Source: a virus
Taxonomy: Duplodnaviria > Caudoviricetes
Reading direction: 5' to 3' (one strand)
DNA length: 64,000 nt
IMG/VR virus record: IMGVR_UViG_2905444465_000001
Span: 1 to 64,000 of that record
Positions 17,666-27,447 of the stretch are shown piece after piece (the first letter of the stretch is position 1; each line of letters opens with the position of its first letter). The notes beneath the pieces were generated by a model. That model was not told the DNA's origin. It saw only the letters and a program-made list of their open reading frames with translations, and ran no database searches. The position numbers and the translations under genes are program-made.

Positions 17666-20337
17666 TTGAATCCCATCCTTTCCAGATGAGACTTTACCTT
17701 TGCCTCATATTCAGTAATGACTTTGTCAAGCTCCGGAAGGGTATTCTCATATCGCTCAGCAAGTTCGATAATCCTACTCGTCAAGCGATGGGAAATCGCA
17801 ATATATAAATCACTGATCCCAGAGAAAATACTATCAAACCACTTCTTGTTCACAAGCAAATCTAATATTTCATTATCTGTAAAGCTTTCATATCTTGCCC
17901 GGCACTTTTCATCCAGAGCCTTGTTCAGATCTTTAACAACCTTATTGTAATCAGATACCTTGCCGCAAAGTTCTAAAGCTGCCTTCAACTGGTTTACATC
18001 ATCCTGCAGGCTATCAGGTACACATTCTTCTGTACGAATAATACGTAACCGATATTCAATAGAGCTCTTTGTAATTTTTCCATTTTCGTTGACTGCGCTC
18101 TTGCAAAGCGGATGCCCCACAAGGTATGCTTCCATTCGTTTCTTCGTATTTACAAGATGAAGATCAGCGCGGATCACTTCCAGTTCTATAGTTTCCTCTG
18201 TTTCAATCGTGCTTGTCAATTCAATTATTTTTGTTTCGATATCCTTGGCTTTAACTTTTCCATTCTCAGCCACATCAGCAAGAGCAGATTCTTCGTCCGC
18301 ACTCTCAATCAGAGTAGAAAGCTGAGATTCCGTCTCCGCAACAATGTTCTCGGCTTCTTCTATTGCATTCTTTTCCTCTCGGAAAAAGGCATCTATTACA
18401 ATAGATTTCGGGATCAAACGACCTTCCCATCCGATGACCTTCATTTCACCCTTATTCTTTCCCTGCGTAATTTCTTCCTCGATATTGTCTGTCGCTCTGG
18501 CGTTGATGTAGCCATCCGATTCGCTTATGATAAGTGACACATCATCGTTCATGACCTCATTCCAATAGGCCAGCAACACCTGATATACATCGTATTTGTC
18601 AATCAGTGTCAGGTGTTCAAATTCGGCAATGATATCTTCAGCAAGACTTACAATCAGCTCTCTTGCAACCACTTCTTCATTAAGGGCAGAAAGGACCGGA
18701 TATTCTTTTTCCTTCCATGCAGCAAATGCCTCGTCGAGTTTCTCACCATACTCCGAGAATTCAGTATTTTTATATATCGTTTGTCGAATACTTTCGTGCT
18801 CAACATTCAAGCTGTAGTATTTTTCGCTAATAGCTGACAGCAGCTCTGATTTCAGCGAAGGAAATGCATTCCAGTATTTAGATAGACCGTCGATGTCAAT
18901 CGCAGGAATGCCGCCATGAATATGAGCATAAATATCCTGAATATCCTCCGGATCTGTGGAATCAATATAACGGGTAATGTTCAGGTTATACTCATTCTTC
19001 TTTTCAATTTCATCATTAGGTACGAAACGCGCATACTTAGGATCTGTAGTAATCTGCTCATTAAAGGTAGTAATGATTCTGTAGATATCGCGTTCTCTCA
19101 AACGATTCTTATTGCCATCCTTAACATACCCACGGCTGGCATCAATCATAAAGATGCCCTGTCGGTTTGCAGCACCTTCTTTGTCAATCACGAGTACACA
19201 TGCAGCTATTCCAGTGCCATAAAACAAGTTTGCCGGAAGGCTGATGATACCCTTAATCCAATGTTTCTTTATAATAGTCTCTCTGATGGTAGCCTCTGCA
19301 TTTCCACGAAAGAGGACCCCATGAGGCAAAATAACTGCAGCCTTGCCATTTGACTTCAAAGTTTTAAGGATATGCATAAGCCAAGCATAGTCCCCGTTCT
19401 TCTCCGGAGGCATATCCCCATAGCCCTCAAACCGACCATATTCTTTACCGGCAATTCCATCCCGCCAGTTTTTCATGGAAAAAGGCGGATTGGCCACTAT
19501 GTAATCAAAACGTTCAAGTACGGAGGTATCTGATTTATCCATGTACTGCGGATTCGAGAATGTATTACCACTCTTGATGGTAATTTCAGCCTTACGGTGC
19601 AAAACAGCATTCATCTTAGCAAGACCAGCTGTTGTGCTTTCTTTCTCCTGACCATAACCCATGATTGGAAATGGTGCTGCATCGATAGCCCGGATTAACA
19701 AACTGCCGCTACCACAGGCCGGATCACATACCGTAGCGCTACTATTAGCGCAACGGTTAATTCCTACAACATTAGCAAGAATTCTGGATACCTCCGCAGG
19801 CGTATAAAATTGTCCCTTACTTTTTCCGCTTTCCGTAGCGAATTTACGCATCAAGAACTCGTATGCATCACCAATGATATCATCGCCTTCTGCCTTGTTT
19901 CGAGAGAAGTCGAGTTCCGGACGCTGAAAGATGGATATGAGATCGGTCAACTTATCAACCATTTCCTTACCATTTCCCAATTTCTTCTCATCATTGAAAT
20001 GAGCAATATCAATAACGCCCTTCAAATCAGTATTCTCGTCAGCAAGACGGGCTATGATTTTATCCATACCCTCGCCGATATTCTTCTTTCCTTTCAGAGC
20101 AATAAAGTCGTCAAAGGAGCAGCCTGTCCGCTTCTCCGGATCGGGATCTTTATCATGCGCCTTATCAAAGACCTTAATATCTTCATAGGCTCCTTTATTC
20201 TTAAATTTATCAGTAACATACTTCATGAACAAGAGTGTCAGGATATAGTCTTTATATTCTGAGGAATCCATGCCTCCACGAAGTTTGTCACAGCTTGCCC
20301 AAAGGGAGCTGTATAGCTCTGTTTTCTTTACTGCCAT
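17659..20337 (-). CDS. hsdM: Type I RM N6-adenine methyltransferase subunit M, long form (892 aa)
   Basis: GQFYTP, DPACGSGSLL, NPPF, AVILPHGVLFRG; about 400-aa helical C-terminal extension. Confidence 0.95.
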   Translation of the reverse strand: MAVKKTELYSSLWASCDKLRGGMDSSEYKDYILTLLFMKYVTDKFKNKGAYEDIKVFDKAHDKDPDPEKRTGCSFDDFIALKGKKNIGEGMDKIIARLADENTDLKGVIDIAHFNDEKKLGNGKEMVDKLTDLISIFQRPELDFSRNKAEGDDIIGDAYEFLMRKFATESGKSKGQFYTPAEVSRILANVVGINRCANSSATVCDPACGSGSLLIRAIDAAPFPIMGYGQEKESTTAGLAKMNAVLHRKAEITIKSGNTFSNPQYMDKSDTSVLERFDYIVANPPFSMKNWRDGIAGKEYGRFEGYGDMPPEKNGDYAWLMHILKTLKSNGKAAVILPHGVLFRGNAEATIRETIIKKHWIKGIISLPANLFYGTGIAACVLVIDKEGAANRQGIFMIDASRGYVKDGNKNRLRERDIYRIITTFNEQITTDPKYARFVPNDEIEKKNEYNLNITRYIDSTDPEDIQDIYAHIHGGIPAIDIDGLSKYWNAFPSLKSELLSAISEKYYSLNVEHESIRQTIYKNTEFSEYGEKLDEAFAAWKEKEYPVLSALNEEVVARELIVSLAEDIIAEFEHLTLIDKYDVYQVLLAYWNEVMNDDVSLIISESDGYINARATDNIEEEITQGKNKGEMKVIGWEGRLIPKSIVIDAFFREEKNAIEEAENIVAETESQLSTLIESADEESALADVAENGKVKAKDIETKIIELTSTIETEETIELEVIRADLHLVNTKKRMEAYLVGHPLCKSAVNENGKITKSSIEYRLRIIRTEECVPDSLQDDVNQLKAALELCGKVSDYNKVVKDLNKALDEKCRARYESFTDNEILDLLVNKKWFDSIFSGISDLYIAISHRLTSRIIELAERYENTLPELDKVITEYEAKVKSHLERMGFKW

Positions 20338-20373
20338 TGCCAGAATCTCCTTGTCATTTTTTTGCTGTATCGA

Positions 20374-20568
20374 TTACTCGATAGCACTTTTTCCACTTTT
20401 AACCCACACATCAAGTTCAGAACATTTAAATTTCCACTGTTTCCCAATTTTGTGTGCCGGTATTCCTTTATCATTACGTATCCATCCTCGGAGCGTCACT
20501 GGCTTGACACCTAGGTATTCAGCAGCTTCTTCAATGTTTATCCATTTATCATTCAACTTATCTTCCAT
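20374..20568 (-). CDS. Small excisionase-type helix-turn-helix protein heading the RM operon
   Basis: INIEEAAEYLGVKPVTLRGWI...IPAHKIGKQWKF (HTH_17-like). Confidence 0.85.
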   Translation of the reverse strand: MEDKLNDKWINIEEAAEYLGVKPVTLRGWIRNDKGIPAHKIGKQWKFKCSELDVWVKSGKSAIE

Positions 20569-21114
20569 GTTCCACCTCTCGAAGTTACGTATAGATACAA
20601 TTACCCAATAATATTATAGTCATTTTCGACAGCAAAAACAAGTAGTTTCTTGTTATTTGCTTATATTTGTTACTAGTTTTCTTAAAAAGTTTACAGCTTG
20701 TTCATATTTATTTTTTGATAGCCGGACATGTATGTGTCCGGTCTTTTCTTTTGCAAATCTAACTTTTAATCCCTATCTGTTCCATAAATCAACTCTTTAT
20801 CCCCTAAAAAACGGACATAGGCATGTCTGAGGTTTTTATTTTGAAATCTGGCATATTTAAGATAGTTATTAAAAACTCGTCTCGGACAAGACGTTAACCA
20901 GTCTAACTTGTTCCTCAACTCACCGCCTTCGTGGCCACGTGGTGTGTTCGTAGTTGATGAACAAGAGAACACTATCAATAGAGTGCCAGCTTACGAACGG
21001 CTGGTCACCGGAAAGAAGCGGAGTTATCCGCATGAGGTGACCATCTTATGAAAAACACTGGCAGCCATATCGGTTATCTCCGCTTCGGTTCAAATGCCGA
21101 AAGGAGAAAATCAA

Positions 21115-21633
21115 ATGGCAATCAAAGTAAATCAGAGTAAACAGTATCGTATCTACATCAAGGAATCTAAAAGCTGGGTGGATGTCAACAAAGAGTTCTA
21201 CACGGACTACTATCGTGACATCAATTCCTATCGCAAACGTCAGCAGGAGCATGGCCGTTGTGTCTGCCCTGCAAGTAAACGTTATTTATGCGACATGGAC
21301 TGTATGACCTGTCCGTATGCCAAGGCTGGCGACCAGCTTTCTCTCGATAGCACCGTAAGCGACGGTGAAGGAAATGAAAAAAGCTGGCTTGATGACATGC
21401 CGGATGAATCTGTAGCTATCGTAGAAGTAATGGAGGACGCAGAACTTCTTCGTGCCCTCTATGCAAAGCTGAATGAGCTGGACCCAGAAGGTCGCCTTAT
21501 CTGCCAGCTTATCATGGACGGAAAATCGGAACGTGACTGTGGCAAGGAAATGGGACTCTCCCGTAATACCTTTGTATACCGCAGGGACAAGCTGTTCCAG
21601 AAGCTTCGTTCCGAGCTTAAAGACTACATCTAA
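21115..21633 (+). CDS. Phage sigma-70 region 4-like regulator
   Basis: C-terminal HTH (GKSERDCGKEMGLSRNTFVYRRDK), Cys-rich centre; start follows an AAGGAG RBS. Confidence 0.75.
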   Translation: MAIKVNQSKQYRIYIKESKSWVDVNKEFYTDYYRDINSYRKRQQEHGRCVCPASKRYLCDMDCMTCPYAKAGDQLSLDSTVSDGEGNEKSWLDDMPDESVAIVEVMEDAELLRALYAKLNELDPEGRLICQLIMDGKSERDCGKEMGLSRNTFVYRRDKLFQKLRSELKDYI

Positions 21634-21642
21634 TATGAATGG

Positions 21643-21668
21643 TCGTCCTCTGATTCTTCAGGGGACGA
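21643..21668 (+). terminator. Intrinsic terminator
   Basis: TCGTCCTCTGA-TTCT-TCAGGGGACGA followed by a T-run. Confidence 0.65.
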
Positions 21669-21776
21669 TTTTTCTTTTCAAAAAATTTTTATAACTTTTC
21701 GGCCAAACAGCCATCTCACCTCCATTGAGTAGTGTAAGGCGAAACAAAACGACCTACAGAAAGCGAGGTGAACACC

Positions 21777-21899
21777 GTGAATCAGACCTTTCACAACAGA
21801 AGAGATACTGACGTAGAAGTAATTGCTACTCTCACAGCAATCAGTCAGGTATCCGCAAGAATGGCGAAGAATCTTAGACTCATCGCCGCACAGAGATAA
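21777..21899 (+). pseudogene. Small phage gene, probably truncated by a nonsense codon
   Basis: GTG start after GAGGTG; the frame stays open for 28 codons past TAA 21897-21899 (SKEGGTTNVKNERYGYDHRR...). Confidence 0.4.
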
Positions 21900-21921
21900 T
21901 CCAAGGAAGGAGGAACAACAA

Positions 21922-22242
21922 ATGTCAAAAATGAACGATATGGCTATGACCATCGAAGAACTGAGAAATGCTGCCGCTGCTATTAACGATGCAGCAAACT
22001 GGCTTGCACAGCAGTTTACATCCGATGTTCAGCAGCAAAGAGAAAATATTGCTGCTAATACAGAGGAGAAAGCAAAACCTGCACTGACCCTTGAAGAGGT
22101 TCGAGCTGTTCTGGCTGACAAATCTCGTGCTGGACATACGGCTGAGATTCGAGAGCTTCTTAAAAAATATGGTGCAAGCAAGCTGTCACTCGTAGATCCG
22201 AAACATTATGAAGCCCTGCTCAGGGAAGTGGAGGTGCTCTAA
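21922..22242 (+). CDS. Conserved phage early protein (often mislabelled rRNA biogenesis protein Rrp5)
   Basis: LTLEEVRAVLADKSRAGH...LLKKYGASKLS motif; GGAGG RBS before MSKMND. Confidence 0.7.
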   Translation: MSKMNDMAMTIEELRNAAAAINDAANWLAQQFTSDVQQQRENIAANTEEKAKPALTLEEVRAVLADKSRAGHTAEIRELLKKYGASKLSLVDPKHYEALLREVEVL

Positions 22243-22243
22243 T

Positions 22244-23383
22244 ATGCCACCAAAAGGACATGCACTCCTCTCCGCATCCTCTTCTGACAGATGGCTTCAC
22301 TGCCCACCGTCAGCAAGGCTCTGCGAAACCTATGAGGATAAAGGTAGTGATTATGCTGCAGAAGGTACCGACGCACACGCTCTTTGTGAGTACAAGCTTC
22401 GTAAAGCTCTCGGCATGAAAGCTACTGATCCAACAAAAAGCCTAAATTGGTACAACGCCGAAATGGAAGATTGTGCCACAGGGTACGCCAGCTTTATTAT
22501 GGAGCTTTTGGAAGATGCCAAGCAGACCTGCTCCGATCCAGTTGTTCTGATTGAACAGCGAGTGGACTTCTCCCGTTGGGTAGAACAAGGCTTCGGAGCC
22601 TCAGATGCTATTCTCATCAGCGATGGAACTATGCATGTGATTGACTACAAACACGGGCTTGGAATACTTGTTTCCGCTGAAAACAATCCACAGATGAAAT
22701 GCTACGCCCTTGGCGCTCTGGAGCTTTTCGATGATATTTATGACATCGATACGGTCAGCATGACCATCTACCAGCCCAGACGTCAGAACGTTTCCACCTA
22801 TGAAGTCAGTAAGAATGACCTGTATCAGTGGGCCGATGAAGTTCTGAAGCCTACCGCTGACCTCGCCTTTTCCGGTGATGGAAATTTTCTGTGCGGTGAA
22901 TGGTGCGGATTCTGTAAGGCAAGGCATGAATGCCGGGCCAGAGCGGAAGCCAATCTTCTACTCGCACAGCATGATTTCATACTACCACCTCTGCTGGAGG
23001 ATTCGGAAATCGAAGTTGTCCTTTCCCGTGTCGATGAACTGGTCTCCTGAGCCAACGACATCAAGGAATATGCACTTCAGCAGGCAATCAGCGGTAAAGA
23101 ATGGACAGGCTGGAAACTGGTCGAGGGTCGCTCCAACCGCAGATATATCAACGAAGAAGCTGTATCGAAAGCCGTCGAAGCTGCTGGCTTTGACCCTTAT
23201 GAAAAGAAGCTACTTGGTATCACTGCTATGCAGAAACTGCTCGGCAAATCTCGTTTTGAAGATCTCCTTGCAGACTATATTGAAAAGCCACAAGGCAAAC
23301 CTACTCTTGTGCCGGAAAGCGATAAACGCCCGGCAATTAACACAGCAAAAAATGATTTTATGGAGGAATATGACAATGAGTAA
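22244..23383 (+). pseudogene. DUF2800 (Cas4-like phage nuclease, APSE p51 family) broken by one in-frame TGA
   Basis: HALLSASSSDRWLHCPPS, DYKHG and GEWCGFC motifs; TGA at 23048-23050 (LVS*ANDIKEYAL, W codon expected); the frame continues to TAA 23381-23383. Confidence 0.85.
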
Positions 23384-23948
23384 AAATGTAAAAATGACAA
23401 ATCCCATGAAGGTTATCACTGGTCCTAACACACGCTGGAGCTATGCCAATGTCTGGGAACCTAAGTCCATCAACGGTGGCACTCCGAAATATAGTGTCAT
23501 CCTGATTATCCCGAAATCCGACACAAAGACTGTTGCAAAGATTGAAGCTGCTATCGAGGCTGCATACCGTGAAGGTGAAGCAAAGCTCAAGGGCAACGGT
23601 AAGTCCGTACCTGCTCTTTCCGTACTTAAAACGCCACTTCGTGATGGAGATCTTGAAAGACCGGATGATCCTGCATACGCTGGCAGCTACTTTGTGAATG
23701 CAAATGCAACCTCTGCACCTGGTATCGTAGATGCAGACCGCAATCCTATTCTCATTCGTTCTGAGGTTTACTCTGGAGTCTACGGTCGTGCCAGCATCAG
23801 TTTTTACGCTTTCAACAGTTCTGGCAATAAAGGCATCGCCTGCGGCCTTAACAATCTGCAGAAGATTCGTGATGGCGAGCCTCTTGGTGGTAAGGCATCT
23901 GCTGAATCTGACTTTGCAACTGATGACGACGATGATTTTCTTGACTAA
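23376..23948 (+). CDS. DUF2815 phage ssDNA-binding protein
   Basis: TRWSYANVWEPK, KYSV..IIPK, GIACGLNNLQKIRDGEPLGG and an acidic tail; the true start is MSKNVK at 23376. Confidence 0.88.
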   Translation: MSKNVKMTNPMKVITGPNTRWSYANVWEPKSINGGTPKYSVILIIPKSDTKTVAKIEAAIEAAYREGEAKLKGNGKSVPALSVLKTPLRDGDLERPDDPAYAGSYFVNANATSAPGIVDADRNPILIRSEVYSGVYGRASISFYAFNSSGNKGIACGLNNLQKIRDGEPLGGKASAESDFATDDDDDFLD

Positions 23949-23963
23949 TGGAGGTAACAAACT

Positions 23964-24152
23964 ATGGAGACAATCATGATTAGCACAATTCTTGTAAACA
24001 TCTGTATCGGCTGCTTCGCTTGCGTCGGTCTTACTACTGCAATCTCTATGATGCAGAGTATCATCAACGACCATAAACGTGAAAAGCGTGAGCAGGAAAA
24101 GGACAAGCGTGACCTCGAATACCACGAAAAGCGCATGAAAGACTGTAAGTAA
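23964..24152 (+). CDS. Small phage membrane protein, hypothetical
   Basis: GGAGG RBS, one hydrophobic helix and a charged tail; followed by a hairpin at about 24164-24190. Confidence 0.6.
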   Translation: METIMISTILVNICIGCFACVGLTTAISMMQSIINDHKREKREQEKDKRDLEYHEKRMKDCK

Positions 24153-24217
24153 CTTATCAAACTGCTGGCGGTGGGCTCACTACCGCCAGCACATTTTCTG
24201 ACAAAAGGAGACAATCT

Positions 24218-24402
24218 ATGAATGAATTTGCAGAGATCTTAAATCTATTTATTGCTAATGTCATTGCCTATACCTTTTTTGCGGCGGTATATGGCTTCAT
24301 CATCTACAACGCAGGAAAAATCATTTTTACCTTATTCGTTATGCGGTATACCATATTCGCCGTGACATCAATAAATACAAATCCAATAAAGATAAACAGT
24401 AA
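24218..24402 (+). pseudogene. Small phage membrane gene with probable 1-bp frameshift in a T-run
   Basis: Adding one T after ATCATTTTT gives ...KIIFYLIRYAVYHIRRDINKYKSNKDKQ* ending just before a hairpin. Confidence 0.45.
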
Positions 24403-24456
24403 CACGGCAGGCGGCAGGGATTTCTCTGCTGCCTGTTTTGTAGAAAGGACAATCTC

Positions 24457-25762
24457 ATGAAAACACTTAACCATCGTATTTGATGTTGCTGCCGATATGG
24501 TGCGTATGTGTCCTGCACTGAACCGACGAGTAAAAATTCTTGCTTCCCAGAAGCGTATTGTCTACCAACCGACCAATAGCTTCTATCAGGTACTGTCTGC
24601 TGAGGCTTACTCAAAGCATGGTTTTATCATTCACGGTGTCGTATTCGATGAGCTACATACTCAGCCCAACCGAAAGCTCTTTGATGTTATGACCAAGGGC
24701 TCCGGCGACGCAAGAATGCAACCACTCTACTTTCTTATCACTACCGCCGGAACAGATACCAACAGTATCTGCTATGAAACACATCAAAAAGCCAAGGACA
24801 TCTTGGAAGGTAGAAAGATAGATCCAACCTTCTATCCTGTCATCTATGGCGCCGATGAAACCGATGACTGGACAGACCCGGAGGTTTGGAAGAAAGCAAA
24901 TCCTTCTCTTGGTATCACAGTCGGCATTGATAAAGTCGAAGCAGCCTGTGAATCTGCAAAACAGAATCCCGGCGAGGAGAATTCCTTCAGACAGCTACGA
25001 CTTAACCAGTGGGTCAAGCAGGCAGTTCGTTGGATGCCAATGGAGAAATGGGATGCCTGCTCGTTCAAGGTTAATGAAGAATCCTTAGAGGGTCGTGTCT
25101 GTTACGGTGGTCTGGATCTTTCCTCCACCACAGATATTACAGCCTTCGTGCTGGTATTTCCTCCACTTGATGAAGATGACAAGTTCTGCATCCTTCCGTA
25201 CTTCTGGATACCGGAAGATACGCTAGATCTTCGAGTAAGGCGAGATCATGTTCCTTACGATGTCTGGGAACGACAAGGATTTCTGGAAACCACAGAAGGA
25301 AACGTTGTCCACTACGGCTATATCGAGAAATTCATCGAGCGTCTTAGAGAACGCTTCAATATTCGTGAGATTGCCTTTGACCGCTGGGGAGCTGTTCAAA
25401 TGGTACAGAACTTAGAAGGTATGGGCTTTACTGTTGTTCCGTTCGGTCAGGGATTTAAGGATATGTCTCCACCGACAAAAGAACTCATGAAGCTGACGTT
25501 GGAGCAAAAGCTGGCCCACGGTGGTCATCCGGTGCTTCGCTGGATGATGGATAACATTTATATCCGCACTGATCCTGCCGGCAATATAAAGGCAGACAAA
25601 GAAAAATCCACAGAGAAAATCGACGGAGCTGTTGCCACCATCATGGGCCTTGACCGTGCGATCCGCTGTGGAAACAATACCGGTGCTTCTGTCTACGATG
25701 AAGAGGCATTTTATTCATATAAAAATGGAGCCCTTGTTTTCACACAAAAACTCCATTCCTAG
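24457..25762 (+). pseudogene. terL: 5'-truncated phage terminase large subunit joined to a 13-nt stub of the next early gene (MKTL, probably DNA polymerase)
   Basis: Walker B GVVFDELH, ITTAG, nuclease motifs GGLDLSST and KIDGAVA; no Walker A. The terminase frame begins mid-gene at 24470 (TIVFDVAADMVR). A 1-bp loss near the 3' end removes the expected ERGILFI* ending. Confidence 0.85.
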
Positions 25763-26092
25763 TTACTTATTTGAATTTATAATTCCTTCGATGTCACGAC
25801 CACCGTAAAATATTCGTGCTACTGTAACTGCCCTTTCCTCGTCATCAACCAGATAATACACGATAAAGTTGTCAACCGGAAGCTGATGCATTTTCATCGA
25901 ATGCCAAGGTTCCCAGTCAACTAACGCATGGCGAGCTGGCATGAAATCCAGTGAACGAACTTCTTTTCGGATACGGCCCAACTGAGCGGTAGCAGTTTCC
26001 GGAACGAGGAGTTCATTCGCAATATACAAATAAATTTCACGTAAATCATCAAGTGCATCTACAGAATAGCCGACCTTATAGCTATCCATCAT
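25763..26092 (-). CDS. RelE/ParE-family toxin
   Basis: YSVDALDDLREIYLYIA...YIVYY..D....VTVARIFYGGRD pattern; ATGA overlap with the antitoxin. Confidence 0.85.
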   Translation of the reverse strand: MMDSYKVGYSVDALDDLREIYLYIANELLVPETATAQLGRIRKEVRSLDFMPARHALVDWEPWHSMKMHQLPVDNFIVYYLVDDEERAVTVARIFYGGRDIEGIINSNK

Positions 26093-26394
26093 ATGCCAAA
26101 CTCCTTTGCAAGTGCCGCATCGACTTCATCTGCAGAATATACCTTTCCTGCTTTGATGGAATCAACACCCTTCTGGAGTTCTGCATCAAGCTGTTCTCTG
26201 GTCATTGCGCCAACATCTAATGGCTTAGAAGAAGGAAGTTTCAGTTCAAATGGCATCCCCTTTTTCAGTACAATCTGGCTATAAAGCATCTGAATTGCAC
26301 TGGATGGAGAAATGCCAAGCTGAGAAAGAATGCTCTCAGCATTATCCTTGAGATTGGTATCTATTCTTGCATAAACAGCGGATGTATTTGCCAT
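26089..26394 (-). CDS. RelB/DinJ-family antitoxin
   Basis: VYARIDTNLKDNAESILSQLGISPSSAIQMLYSQI...GMPFEL; start MANTS follows AGGAGG. Confidence 0.88.
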   Translation of the reverse strand: MANTSAVYARIDTNLKDNAESILSQLGISPSSAIQMLYSQIVLKKGMPFELKLPSSKPLDVGAMTREQLDAELQKGVDSIKAGKVYSADEVDAALAKEFGI

Positions 26395-26514
26395 AGTATC
26401 GCCTCCTTTTTCTTTATTATATTCGCTTTTGCTTGCAATTGCAAGTATTTGCATAGATTATTTTATGACAAAACTTTGAATTTTATACGACCTTTACGGC
26501 AGAAAGGAATATTT

Positions 26515-27447
26515 ATGGGATTCTTATCAGGACTGTTTCACTCAAGAGACAAGCCCACCAACAGCACCAATGGCAGTGCCTATCGCTTTCTCTTTGGTGG
26601 AAGCAACTCCGACAAAGCCGTCAATGAAAGAAGCGCCATGCAGATGACTGCAGTTTATGCCTGCGTCAGGATTCTTTCTGAGGTTGACCAGTACATGGCT
26701 CCGGTTCATCACGAAGCGATTATCAGTCATTCAGACTTCGACGCAGCGAATGCTCTGGTTAATCAACGAGCCGCAGAAAAAGGTATTGAAAAAGGCAGTG
26801 ATAAATATCAGCAACGTTATGCCTTCTCCGGGAAAATAATCTGTGGAGAATGTGGCGACACCTTCAAGCGCAGGATACACTCTTGCACCACATACAAGTA
26901 TGTCGCCTGGACCTGCAACACGCACTTGAAGAATAAGAAAGCGTGTCTTATGAAATATATAAGAGATGATGAGATAAAAGCTGCATTCATTACAATGCTA
27001 AACAAGCTCATTTATGGCTATCGCTTGATACTTACTCCTTATCTCAAAGTACTTGAAAACTCATCTGGCGACGAGGCCATTCAACGCATTCAGCACTTGG
27101 AGCAACTCATCGCTCAAAACAGTGAGCAGCGAGAAACATTAACCAAGCTGATGGCACAGGGCTATATCGACCAGATTCTCTATAATCAAGAAACAAATGC
27201 ACTCCTCCTGCAGGCAGAGACATATCGCTCTGACATTGAAGCAATTACCATCGGAATGACCGGCGACGCAGCCAAGGTTACGGAAACGAATCTTCTGCTA
27301 CACTTTGTGTCCCATACTGATATGCTTACAGCCTACAGCGAGGAGCTTTTTGAAAACTACACAGACCACATTGAAGTCATAAGCAGAAATGAAATCAGGT
27401 TTGTTATGAAATGCGCTCTGACATTCACAGAAAGGATTGGTGATTAG
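26515..27447 (+). CDS. In-frame chimera: phage portal N-terminus (56 aa) + C-terminal half of a large serine recombinase
   Basis: MGFLSGLF...SAMQMTAVYACVRILSE (portal start) then VDQY...HHEAIIS...FSGKIICGECG...WTC (recombinase and zinc ribbon); junction at about 26682. Confidence 0.8.
   Translation: MGFLSGLFHSRDKPTNSTNGSAYRFLFGGSNSDKAVNERSAMQMTAVYACVRILSEVDQYMAPVHHEAIISHSDFDAANALVNQRAAEKGIEKGSDKYQQRYAFSGKIICGECGDTFKRRIHSCTTYKYVAWTCNTHLKNKKACLMKYIRDDEIKAAFITMLNKLIYGYRLILTPYLKVLENSSGDEAIQRIQHLEQLIAQNSEQRETLTKLMAQGYIDQILYNQETNALLLQAETYRSDIEAITIGMTGDAAKVTETNLLLHFVSHTDMLTAYSEELFENYTDHIEVISRNEIRFVMKCALTFTERIGD

Noticed and set aside
23048-23050. TGA-as-Trp recoding suggested by the in-frame TGA in DUF2800
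   Set aside because: TGA is used as a normal stop elsewhere, with ATGA coupling at 2831, 7919 and 26089, and Trp is encoded by TGG throughout. A point nonsense mutation is simpler.
22875-23375. N-terminal extension of the 357-aa ORF upstream of DUF2815
   Set aside because: It is an alternative frame over the DUF2800 pseudogene; the real start with RBS is at 23376.
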